Part shown: positions 49,601-62,137 of the stretch, in pieces | How positions within the stretch are numbered: the stretch's first letter is position 1 | How the letters are laid out: each line of letters opens with the position of its first letter | Source of the DNA: Catajapyx aquilonaris | Lineage: Eukaryota | Direction: 5' to 3' | NCBI GenBank assembly: GCA_000934665.2 | Contig: JYFJ02002160.1 | Location: 1 to 62,137 of the forward strand | DNA: 62,137 nt | Program-made: the position numbers and the translations under genes | Notes under the pieces: generated by a model | Seen by the model: only the letters and a program-made list of their open reading frames with translations | Told to the model about the DNA's origin: nothing | Databases searched by the model: none

Positions 49601-52600
49601 AGGAACACATAGTGAATATAACTCATATGAGGAAACTAGGCAATAAAATTGGAAATAACTAGGCTGATCTTGCCATCTATATTTCCCCCACCCAGTAAAG
49701 AACCAAACAAACTTTTTCGTATATAAGGGAGAAGTAAGTCTGGGTCCTGGAAAACAAGACCATGGGCTGGCTGCCATGGAGACAGACAAACATGGTGACG
49801 GAGACCAAAGAATGAGGTTAGGAACTTAATGATGGACCCAGATAACATGTGTATGACAGTCCCCTCCCGTCCTCTCCTACCCTACCAACAGGCTCACCTC
49901 GACGTCGCTCCCGCCCTTCCCTAGGTGGCGGAGGGGGCCCTCGGGCCCCGGGGCCTTGTCCCCTCTCCCGAGTTGCCCCTCCTCCACCCATGTGGCGCCT
50001 ATCGTAATCCGGAGGCGCCTCCGCCAAGAAGTTGGATGGCACCAGTCCTCGTACGCCATTCAGTTCCCCCATGTAGAAGCCGTCGTCGTCCATGTCGCCG
50101 TACACAAAGATCACGTCGCCGGTGCGGAACGACAACTCCACCTGCCGCAGTGGGGCAAAAAGGGCCACAGGGCAAAAGGGCAACCGGCAATGCTGCCGGA
50201 GGAGGTAACACTTTTCTCACACTCTGTGGTTGCAAACTGCAAAGTTTAGGCCAACATACCGATCGTGACTTAAACTCAAGCGGCACTAAAAATTCCAGTA
50301 CCAAATACCATACAGATGAAATCTAAGCTTTGCAGTGTACAGAAGAGAAAGGTGTTGCACACACATGGTAAGTAAGAGACTAAACATTTTAGCAGCATAC
50401 TTCGGCATCCACGTTGGGGGACAGCTCTTGCGGATCGTAGTCATAGAGAGCCACCATTCTCTTGACTGGCATGTTGGCATAAATGTCACCCCACCGGTCC
50501 CTGCCAGGCTCAACTACCTCTTGCTGCAGAGTACAAACCATGAGTAAGCAGGAGGAACCTGGGCATGACACCACTGGTCTTTTTACCTCTGACACCATAT
50601 TGCAAGGAACAAAACCTCTTCGACCTCCAGCCTCCCCCCAGTAGAACCCATCCGCGTCCTTATCGCCGTACACCTTGATAATCTGCCCCTCGTGGAAAGG
50701 CAGCTCCTCCTCGCATGCGTCCGGATTGGGCGACATGGTCTGCGGGTCGTAGTTGAAGAGCGCCACAAAGAGCCTGGGACGATCCCTCGCGTTTCGGTCC
50801 CTCTCCCGAAAGTCATCGGTCCGGTGCTGCCCTCGGGGGTCCTCGTACAACCTCTCCCTCTCACGCTCCAGGGCGCGGTCCCTCTCCCGACCACGCATCT
50901 CCCTGTCATGATACGCACTTCACATTCCGACATGTACACCTGCTGACCATTTCAAAGTGGACCTCACCTGTCCCGCATGTCTCTTTCCCGCTCCCTGCCA
51001 CGCTGGTCATGTGGATGTGGACCCACTCCCTGAGGTGGACCCCGGCGACAACGTTCCCGCTCCCTCTCCCTCTCCCGCTGGATCTGGAGGTCACGCTCCC
51101 GCTCCCTGGCCAACTCCCTGTCTCGAGGTCCGAATCCCCTGGATGTCCCTATCCTCCTCCCTGATCTGTCGTACTCCGCTTCTAAACCCGTTTCTTTGAT
51201 GATCTCTGCAAATGCCACAACAAATTCGGCATTACCTAGAAAGGGGGGCACGGCCATCTGGACATTCAAAAGACCTGTACCTATTGTAGGAATACGACCA
51301 CGGGGTGGTCCCCTCTGGTGAGGTGGCAGCATCTCCTTGTCGACGAAGCTGTCCTCCATCATCATGACGTGGCGTCTGTCGTCTTCGGGCTGAAACACAC
51401 ACGTACCTTGTGGTTGTCCGGAACGTAACATGGCAAGATACACAACACCCAAAGCTGAACGGATTCACAGGGTAGACAGATAGGTAGATAGAAAGACACC
51501 AACAGCCAACAGAGGAGTTACACTTATTACGCGAAGCCTTGGGCCAGAGAAAAACAGTAGGTGAGAGAAGGGGGATAGTCTTGCAGCTCTGTGCGGACCC
51601 AGCGGCCTACCTGTACCCGTCGGCGTCGGCGATGGTGATCCATGTCCTCTGGCTCTTCGGCAATGTCCCACAGGCGGGCTCCCCAATGCTGTCCTCCACC
51701 ACCACCACCCCCTCCTCCTCCGCCTCCACTACCAACTCCCTCCTGTGATAAACAACATTTGCCCCTTCCCTCAACAACGGGCCCCTTCTTGCCCCTACCT
51801 ATCTGTCTATCCGCCTGGTGTCCCTCTGACCTCAAACCGTCTACACTGGACTGCAACACTTACCTTGCGTAAGCCAACACCTCCTTGGCAGCGTCCCTTC
51901 AGCACCTGGGTTGGTACCGAGGCTGCCGTACTGTCCGAAGATTGAGCGTCCCGCGACTTTGTTCGGACAGTCACGTGGCGAGGAGGTGAACCTAGGCGGC
52001 CCACCTCAATCAGGGCGTGGTCACCTTTTAAGAGAAGATGACACCAGAATGAGTTGGTGGCAAGGTCTCGCCAAACTAGACGCGGCTTACCAGTGGGGCT
52101 GTTCACTTCGGTGACCTTCCGTCCATCTGCATAGACAGCGTAACCGGTGACCGGAGCGCCATTCGAGGTAGCTGCTGACCCGCTGCTGATGGTGACGGGC
52201 AGCCAGGTGACCAAGATGGTTCCGTCCTGCGGTCCAGCCTCCACCTGCACGTCCACCGGCGGGTCGGGAAGACCTGCGAATCGGACTGGCCTCAGCCTTC
52301 AGTCTCCCGGCCTCCTCCAACTCGAATTTAGTTGGACACCTCCCCTGGCTCTGAATTCAACTAAGCTACGTCAAACCCCATGTGCAAAAAGCCTCACCCT
52401 TATGAAGAGTGCGGAATTCTATGTGCGTGGACAGCCTCTCCTTCTGCTGGGCACTCTGCTCGTCGAAATGCGGCGCCTTGATGTTCTTGGCCCGGATCGT
52501 CACCCAGTACGACGTGTTGGGCGCCAATCCTACACGTGACCACACCAAGGTTAAGGCAACTCTACGACAACACCGCACCAACCCGGACACTGACCTGTTA

Positions 52601-55600
52601 TGATATGTCTGTAGACGCCGGGTTTCACGGTTCGAACTTCAACGTTGTTGACGCATACGACGTGTTGAAAGTTGGAGTTGGAAGGCAGCCAGGATATGGT
52701 AGCGGAAGTGCTGGTGACGTTCGTGGCCCTCACGCAAGAAGGAGACAGAGGAGCGTCCTTCCCGATGACCATCGTGCACGCGTGGTCGCGGGAAGTGCGT
52801 CGATGAGGAGTCACTGCACGGACACTTATCCGATGAGGCTAAAATGCAATACCGGTATATATTTTCAACAGTCACGACTCGACTCGACGGAGATGCGCCA
52901 TGTACTCAAAGATGAAACACTAACCCTGTGCGAGTCCACTCCTTCTACCAGAGCTCTAGTACGATCACATGCTCTGACAGTGCACTTGAGCTGTCCGTCG
53001 ACATACACGTGGTAGGAGTCGATGGTTCCCGGTGGACACTCCGGAAGGTTCCATCCGATCACGATGCTCTTGTTGAGTTGCCTCTCCAGGGTCAGTTGCC
53101 TTGGGGCCGGTACTAGCACCGAGAATAAGAGCGCTGTCCACAGGGACGAAGCCAGAGTTACTGTCCCTCCCCCCTGCCCCTTCTAGGCCCTCTCTCCAAG
53201 AGCTTCTCAACGATGCCAGATTTCAACATCCATTTTTAATAATCTCGTGATCAATGAGCCCCAGCTGCTCCATGGAGGTAGGGTTTGCACTATTACATTG
53301 AACGTCACCATCTCTAGAGGTGCTACAAGCAGGAATTCATGGACGAATGCTGAATTTTCATGTAATAATGTTTGAGTTGTAGCGTTTCTAAAAATAATTT
53401 TCTAGGACGAATTGACAGGAAGTTTCATCCTGGGTTTCACACAACCTCACCCTTGTCCAACGGAAAGTATAGCATGAAGGGGCATTTGGAAATACTCTTC
53501 ACATTATTTTTTCGATCATGGCACGATGTGATGGTTCTGCACACATCCGTCAATGAATGTGTGACACCCCACTATCTGTTCAACCAGAGAAGCTTACTGA
53601 CATCACAAGCCTTTCATTGTTGATATTGTTACCATTGTGATGTCAGTACCATTTTCTGGTTGAAGCAATAACCAAAGCGCATTCCTCCTCTATTCTCATG
53701 CGGGCAAGAATTTATTTAAAAAATCCCTGTACAAGCAAGCCAGGAGTTGCTTACCCTCGCTCTGCATTTGCCTCTCTGGAAATTCCTCCTCTTCTTCCAG
53801 TGTATAATCCAGGTCCAAATAACTATATTCGCTGGGCCGCGAACGAGACATTTCTGAAATGTCATAATTTCGATTAATTGACACGAAACTGATCTTGGGA
53901 ACGGATCGACTCACCTAACAAAAGATTATGAGCCTCATCGGCGCTATTAAAATCTAGGTCCTGCGGGATGGAAGTCGACGCGGCGTCATCTCCATCTCGA
54001 AGGCCCAGCACTACCGTGTGATGAAACTCTAAGAGGTCTTCTCCTCGCAAACGTTGGACAAAGTTGGAGGGAACCAGCCCGCGGCGCCCGTCCAACATCT
54101 CACCGTCCAAAAATCCATCCTGTAACACGAGTGCGTTCAGATATGAATGAATTAATAATAAATAAATAATATCTCGCAGATCATACAGAGCGAGAGTATA
54201 GGGTATTTCCAATTGAGTTTGCGCGGTAGTGTCATGTGCTGACTATGAACGGATGTTAATATCCTGTTTTGTCTACGAAGAGACGTGGCCGTATCCTGTT
54301 CTGGCTAAATGAGCAAACACTTTAATATCCTGTGCTGATGGCTATGAACCGACGAGTGAAATTTCTTCTGACTACTTGTCTATGCTAGAGGAACAGATAC
54401 GAGGATGTTCTAGTCTAGCTGACAACAACTTCATATAGGTAAGAAAATTCCTCACCTCATCCATATCACCCCATACAAGTACATAGTCTCCAGCGTAAAG
54501 ATGCAGCTCAGCCTCAGGATTTTCATTCGGCGACTGTTGGAATGGGTCGTACGAATATCTACAAAGGGAGATAAGCAAGTGGTATAGCAGAAAGCACGGA
54601 GACCGACAGAGTATGTCTCCAACCTGGCAATGTAGACAAAGCAACAGCCCTTTCCAGGAATGTCCAGCATGTCCGGAAGGCGGTTGTCCGGAAGCATCAT
54701 ATGCTCTGAAAGAGCTGGAATCAGATTGTTGATCGGCGCCATACCAGGAACATTGGCGTTGAGCAAATTGCTATGTGCTGGAACATCGTAAGTACAGGTA
54801 ACAACTACGCTGTTGCTGACGCTTGAAAAGCATTGATTACGTTGCGGCTAGATTACAACCTGAGATGTTGGAAAAGGGAAATTGCGAGCCCGGATTGGTG
54901 AAGCAAGAGTAAAGAAAACAGCTGCATATTGGAAAGAAAGAAAATGGGATTGGTGATTATTGGCAGAGAAGGAGACACTATACAGCTGATTGGAGGAGTG
55001 ATTGCTCAATTCGTAAAGCATCCCTTCCTTTCCTAAAGGTCTCAAGCTACAATCCCGCCGACGACTGGCGATAAGTACTTGCCTTCCTTGTCGAAATGCG
55101 TGGTAATGATGGCAGGCAGCGGTCTCTGCTGGTGGTGGTGCATAAATGTTCCTTGAGGGGCAACAGGCAGTGAGGGCAAGCTGAGTCCGGCCTGCTGCAG
55201 CGATGGCCCCGGGGCGACAAAGGTCTGTCCGACAGGGGCCAGCAGAGCAGCCGGATTCCCCGGAGGTGCTTGTTGAAGGATGTTGGGGGGAGGAGGGGGA
55301 GGGGGAGGCATAATGGTGGTGGCTCCGACACCCATGCCCATTCCCACACTCATTCCCAGGCCCAGGCCCAGGCCCAAGTCCAAAGTGGGGATTGTTTGTA
55401 GGCCCGGAGGCAGGCCCTGGGGCATTTGCGGGGGCTGCTGGGGGATTTGGAGGGGGGTGTCCTGGGACATGAGCCCGGAGTAGTCGCTGCCCATCATCAC
55501 CATGCCAGACATGGGGTCGCGGCCGCTACTCGAGCTCCCTGCATCCAAATATTCATTTTTACATTCGGACCTTACACTGTCGCAACTCTACCAGTGCTGG

Positions 55601-58600
55601 GTAGTAGCTAACTGAGTAAAAGTAACGGGCCATAAATAATATTAGTTGGTCGGTCACTTTCTTAACTGTTCTGTGGTTGTTCACCAGGGTGTCATGATGT
55701 AGCTCTCAGAGTAATTATAGATGCTAATTTTCGTCCTTTAATTTGACTATTGCCTAATTGTTTTAGTCATTCAAAGCATGTCAAAATATGCAAATATGGC
55801 ATTAAAATAAATAAAGCTTGTTACTTTTAAATAGTGGCTCACCCAACACTGAGCTCTGCTAACTTTGGTACACTAAACTGTGATTAAAACTAGTTCACTC
55901 TTATGCCCCTCCACAACCAGCTTCCGTTTTCGGACTGGCCTTTCCCCCCATATCGAGGCCCATACTTTTAAACGGCTGTTATAACTAATAATAATCATTG
56001 CATGATGAAAAAGTCAGTCCGACAAAGTAAACTAGTGGTGGGATGGGCTGTACACAGCTAGAAAAAGACAGTTGCAAATGTATCATGTATTTTCTGCAAT
56101 CGTGTGCCTTGCATGTAGCTATGAAGCATATTATGGATACAGCCACTGTTCTGCTTTCGTTTTTGAGCGAGTACGTGTGAGTTGTAAATGCGCAACAATA
56201 TCTTACGAATATATTGGTACGTGCTAGCATCACCAAGAATATAAAGGTATAGTAGCATTGCCAGCGCGGTTGCGCGCGTTTCACGGGTAGTCTCAAAAAC
56301 CCTCGTGCACAGGCATCGCTCCAACATGCTATACAGTATATGCACTGTACAAAACTCGTATCTAGTAGTATTCTATAGCTCTTGCACTCTATCCGAATGC
56401 GCACATTCACACAGCGCAACCACACCCCTTTGACACTGACACTTTCAGCATAAACTAGCTCAGTCCCGTGCAGTGTAGTGTAGTCGTGTCAGTATATAAT
56501 ATTAATAATAATTAATATAACATGTTGCATCCAATGTGTCCAGTGTGAAGGGGGTATATGATAATATTTACTGTACGTTAGTCTGCCATATGCTTGCTAC
56601 AGTCTATGACAAGAGAAAGCCGGCAGGTGCACTTACAACCCTTCACTCCGAATCGGACCGCTTTTGGGCGCGGGAGGAGGCGGGTATGGCCCCGGGGCCA
56701 CCCAAGGTGGCGCCCCCTTTCCTGTTCCTCCTCATACTCCTGCATTTGTTGCATATGAAAATCCTCCCATTCCTCAGACTGCATCATTTCGTCCATCTCC
56801 AATTCCTCCCAATCCTCCTGCACTTCCACCTCATTCCCATTCTCCTCTATCTCACCTGATGCAGATTCCATCATCAGGACTGCCGGAAGGGGACCCAGTT
56901 CCACAATACAGTCATGTCTCACTTGGCTAAATATAAGCTCGAATATGTAATTGTGTCGGTGGGCTTGTTTGCTATATGTAGAAAGCTGTGTAGGCTACAT
57001 GCAAGCGACGCTCATACAGCATTTGAATTATTTGTCATTTATAACCGAGGCAACAATATGACATGAATGATCAATATTAATTTGCTTCCATGTGAGAGCT
57101 CTATAAGGGTGCTGTAATATTGGCGTACTTCCTGGTGTTACTCATGCAGTAGGCCTATGATGCTGATAATTTTGGCTATTCGGCTTCACTCTGAGAAAAT
57201 AGCAAGCGTGCCAGGCGACCCTCTAAAGACCAGTGATAATAATAGGTCACACGACGCGCAGCATGACCCCCATTACCAATGTATGCAACAAAACTAAACT
57301 TAACGTACTATTTTCTCCATAGTGAAGCCAAAACAGTAGAGTAATTCTGTCGTGGAATAACATAGGGAACTCAGGTCCGAGAGGAAGTTCGCCATTTGTG
57401 CAACACCTTGCATAAATCTTCAGGACTCTGATAAACTATTGTGCAATTTACGTATTGTGTCGAGTTCATTGTTCCCATAAAGACAAAATATGCGTTCAGA
57501 AGTATGTTTAACCTACTAAATAAAAAGTGCTGTTTTGCCTCAGGTATAGGTCTGCTTTCTATGGATAGTGTTGTAAATAATAAGTGTGAGTGAGGGTATT
57601 TTTAAATGTATTCTACAGTAGTCTCACGAACTTCTAGCTTGCAACTTACATGATTCCCCATGAGTCAGATGCTTTATTCTCTATCGAATTTATAATGCAG
57701 CCATACTGTACAGGACAGTGACGTTTATGATAGAGTCAGATTTAATGCGACTATTGTGGTGCGTGTATAGCAATGGATAGTATATATATTATGGCAATAT
57801 TATTTGCATTTCATTTTGATGAATTGAATGTCCATGCGAACAAGAACGTCAACTAACCAGGTTTTCAATTATTCAGAATGCTTCGAATTTTACAAGCTAC
57901 ACTCGTCGATATGTATCCATGATGTGTGATCCGGTAAGATTTTTCAGTGTGACGAACCCCACAAGCTAGGATGTTGTGCTTGCGAGTAGGTGTTGTGGCA
58001 TAAGAAATGTGTGAGAAAGAGAATGCGATATGTTGGCAAAAGGTAACATACCTAGTGTGGATCGCGATCGGTCTAGTTCGGCTAGGACCCGGTTGTCCTG
58101 CTCGATACGAGCCATGATGCGCTCAATCTCCGCCGTGGAAGCCTCCAAACCGCTGGTCAGCGCCTTGGCTTCTGCTGCTGTTTTACCAAATATGGTCAGG
58201 CTGCTCGGTGCCGAAGAGTAGTGCGGTAGAGCAGCTAAAGTGTTGCAAGAAGCTTTGTCATTCACCGAGAAGACAAGCAAAGTGGGAGACAGAGAATAGG
58301 CATGAAGAAAAAGCAGTGAGCAACAACGATGCTCACCCGTGGTCGTAGCTGTAGGTTCCGGAGAGGTCTGCTCGTGACTGAAGGACGCCGATCTTCCCTG
58401 AGCCCACGCAGCTCCTTTCCTCTTCAGAGTGGCCATCTCCAGAAGGAGTTCCTCGTGACGGACGTTCTGCAGCTCCGTCTTCTTCTCCAGCTCCCGAACT
58501 TTGGACTGCAGTCCCTCGATGGAGTCGGCCGCCCTTGGTCGCTCAGAGTCCTCGTCCCTGAAGTTGTTGTTGCATCCGCCACCCATGCCTCCGGGAGAAG

Positions 58601-60367
58601 AAGCGGAGGATCCGGCCATGGCCGCCGCCGCCGCCGCCGCGACCGCCTCGGCCTGCTTCTCCCGCAGTTGCGCCACCACCTGAGCATGTTGTTCCTCGAG
58701 AGCCCGCCGGTGGTTGGCAGTCTCCTGCAGTTGCTGCAGGAGAGACTCCAGGCTTGTCTCCGCCTTTGATGACGGACGTGGTGGAGAATCCTGAAAGAAA
58801 ACAGAAGACATACACTCATAAATGTTGGGCTCATTGAGATTCCCCGTAAAAGTTCATTTATAAAACTCATATGCACTGATACTCCGAATACACACAAGCG
58901 AGTCACCTCAGGATCCATCGGATAAATTAGTATTAGTCACATAGTCAGAGTCACCTGTGCTCACATTCCGTTTTTGAATGTAGAGTTTTTTTGCTCGCAG
59001 AAAAGGCGCGGAAAGGTTGGCTATACAAGCTCAATTTATAGCTCTGAACCTCTGGAGAATATTCAGCTCTCGAGCTAATTCAGACCTTAGAAGGTTCTAT
59101 ATATAAACAGGTGTTACGATTACAGAGGAACGCTCGCGACATTTTGTCGATATGATTCTGGAAGACAATTTCAACCTCGTGTAACAACTCCAGGCATTTA
59201 TTATTGACTACCCATTAATCCATAACATTCCTATACTACCATACATGCTGATCTATTGTGTGCGTTGTGATCATATATCACATCACACAAAATCCCCATC
59301 ACTGACGGATATTTTGACCGCAATATCACGATGCTGACAAATATGACGTGTTTCATAATTAATGCTAATCCTGACACAAAATTCAATAAATCCCATCACT
59401 GTACACCAGGAAGTTATTTTGTACAGTAAATACGTCAGTATGTAATTACCTTCGTTACTTAGGATTGTACCTTATTTACACGCTTCATTAAAAAGCCAAA
59501 GTATGAATCACCCAAAAGACCAAAAGTCAATTTTACGATCAAGAAATAGCAAACAGGCAGTGCAACAGAGGCACGTCGTCGTAAGGCTGACGACCTCATT
59601 GTACCCTACGACGATCCTGCATTACTATCTCAGCTTTTACAGTCAGTAACGCAGGGGCAAACGACTTGTGCAAGTGGGCCCTATACTCCATCAGGCCTGT
59701 TTGCCATTGCACTAGGCCACTGTGCAAAGCACTAGAAAACATTATTTTTATACTGCAGCACAGGGAGTTACGACTGCGCTGTAACCTACTTATCGGGAGG
59801 AGCACATAAATTCTCCAACTGTGCTGAATGTGACAACCTTGGAATTCCAAGGAATGTCACGAAAATAACTGCCGTATCCGTCTCTTGCACACTGTAAAAG
59901 TTTTCCGCGCTCATTTTACTCGAGGGAATGGCGCCTTCCGTACAGTACCTCAATCGTACACCCCCAATTCAGCTTATGCATAGTTTGTGTAACACTGTAC
60001 AGGAATGCATAATCAAAATTTTATAAGCCCCAACCGGCCACGTTTTTCACACGGTTCGTGGCAGCCACTTTGATAACCTGCACACAAATTGCTACATAGT
60101 CAATTTAGAATATTACTGCATTTTGACTTCTTAATAAACACACAAATATTTCCATATAATGCAACATAGGCAAAATAACATTTAAATTATTTAAGTCCAC
60201 CCGACATTGCATTGCATTGAACCTCCCTAGGTCCCCCATCATCCTTACAGCACGCGCTCGATGTAAAGGCTAAATACCTGTTGCAGGTTTTTCAGGTGCC
60301 GCTGCAGGATGGTATTCTCAGTGCTCAGCTCCGTGTTCTTCTCCACCGCCCTGGCCAGTTGCGTCTC
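46675..60367 (-). CDS. RIMBP2: RIMS-binding protein (RIM-BP/Rbp): coiled coil, SH3, three FN3, two SH3; 5' end outside the window, terminal exon joins uncertain
   Basis: SH3-1 [20 protein letters not shown]...[23 protein letters not shown]3 repeats ([72 protein letters not shown]); SH3-2 [25 protein letters not shown]3-3 [25 protein letters not shown]-terminus [17 protein letters not shown]. Confidence 0.93.
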
Positions 60368-62137
60368 CTGCAAAAGAGACCGGATGCTGACCCTTATTCC
60401 GAATCAAGTCCCCTCCAGCCAGACGACGTCAATTTCAGCATAGGCGTCGGCGCCGTCACGGCGCCTCGACCACCACCACCGATGCGAATTTGCTATTGGA
60501 AAAGCCTCCCCACTGCCCCTGTCCCCACCCTGTTTACAATTAACTCTGCTGCTGCCCTAAGATCAAAATAGTACGTCAATCGGGGCCCGGCGGCACTATC
60601 GACGTGGACGTGTGTGTTGGGAGGGGCGTAGCGCAGCCAGGAGGGGGGGGGGGGAGTCCAGTTAGTCACTAAAATGAACCCTCTGTGCCAGAAAAATATG
60701 ACGGGTCTATAACGCGAGAAAGCAATTCCACACCTATAGATGCACTCTAACAACAACAAAAAATGGTTGGAAATACAGGACGAACCTAGGCAATGAATGA
60801 AATGCACTTACGCCAGATGCATTATTCGACCGCGGGTTGTTACGATTTCATTTCGGATATGTGGGGCAGAAGGGCAAAACGTCACTGGAAGCACTTTCAG
60901 GGACGGATTTACCTGCGGAGGGAATGTGGACAGAGGCTCATGGCACTCTTTCCTATACTGATCGTTTTGTGATTGCGTGAATCTGCAAAGTTTCAAAGAT
61001 TGAACGGAAAGAGTTGGGGATCATTTTCAAAAGTCAGAGGGACAGATCATGACCTATAATGTGACGTAACATTTTGACATCATCGAGGGCATTGAGGGCC
61101 ATCAATAACGAACATCGAGCTCTGATATCCCTGCTCCCCCACTCTCCCATGACACGCAACGTCACAGAAACGTAAACCTCCCCATTCGTCCTGGCTGACT
61201 GGATAAATATGCAGTAACTACCCTTTTGACAAGTGTCACTACACTAATGCCATGGAGTCCAAAACGTCCGGATGGAAAGTTCCATAATTGAATGTTCCAA
61301 CAAGTATTTTCATATTACTGGGGTGCACCAGATTTTTTTTTTTAATAAGTCACTGATACTCCTCACTAAATAACAATTAGTATAAATGTGTACTCTGATT
61401 CCAATATGTATTACTTTGAACTCCGACTCTTGTTCTTTTGGGTCATTTGGCTTTAGATATAGTTTAGAGCATGAAGAGAAATACTGCTTCAAAAATAGTA
61501 TATCATTAGGTTCATCATACACAGCAAGAGCATGCGGATCAAAAATGGCTTCATTAGTATAGTCAAATAAAACCATCACCGTCAGATAGCAAATTTCATA
61601 GTAAATATTAACCTACATCACACCTGTAACCTTCTATCGTGTACTGATGCAAAGTAATAAAAATTGATAATTCCAACGTGACACACTTTGGGACCCCAAG
61701 CAAGAAAAGCAGTGCCAATATGACACCTCCACAGCTGGTATAGTGCCTTGAGTTCTAATAATGTTAGCCTACAGGCTTATTTGCGTGGGGGAATAACTTA
61801 CATGCTTGACTTAAATCCGGGTATTACAGGCCCGCACAAAAATATCCGATAAATCCCAGATAAGATTACGCGCTCCTAGCACAGGCCAACTCTCGGATTT
61901 CGTGTGACGTAGGCGTAAACTCCAGCTTTGTAATAAGGGACGACTTTTTCGATGGGCTTTTCCCCTCTGGAAATCCCCACTACTCTTTACATATCAGACA
62001 CAGCAATACATCGCCACAAGCCCATATGAATGGTCCCATACAGTGGCGGCCAAACCTATGTCAAGGTGCAGCGGTCGCTGCACCTCCCGAGGGGGTGGGG
62101 TCCCTGGCGGGGCGGGTGAGAAGGAGAGAGAAGAAGA

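Noticed and set aside
49565..49789. Alternative terminal exon of RIM-BP ([12 protein letters not shown]...)
   Set aside because: A phase-compatible acceptor exists, but the peptide is not convincing and there is no transcript evidence.
1..62137. CRISPR array, prokaryotic defence system, rRNA or intact autonomous transposon/retroelement
   Set aside because: No regularly spaced direct-repeat array, operon structure, or long RT/transposase ORF; the content is intron-containing eukaryotic genes.

Overview
Eukaryotic genomic DNA, most likely from an invertebrate (probably an arthropod). It has short GT-AG introns and two single-N assembly gaps (6993, 13117). I found no prokaryotic features, CRISPR array or rRNA. 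Eight spliced protein-coding genes can be reconstructed by eye: the 5' half of an ABCA transporter (-), nucleoredoxin (+), CDC45 (-), UFD1 (+), a four-domain carboxypeptidase D (+), a KIF12-like kinesin (+), an uncharacterised C6orf89/BRAP-like membrane protein (+), and the 3' part of RIMS-binding protein (-). Introns carry many short inverted-repeat transposons of several superfamily types, a ~1.33 kb near-perfect palindrome, a decayed mariner and tRNA-derived SINE-like pieces. The best leads are (1) a CDC45/UFD1 head-to-head pair like the human 22q11.2 arrangement, (2) an intron-encoded stop, hydrophobic tail and AATAAA that could make a single-domain, possibly GPI-anchored CPD isoform, (3) a RIM-BP microexon that can extend into an acidic exon with an RVxF-type motif, (4) an RG-rich N-terminal extension on the kinesin, and (5) back-to-back poly(A) signals between NXN and CDC45. 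All exon models and family assignments were made by manual reading and recalled motifs, not by database searches. I cannot establish a wholly new biological system from sequence alone.
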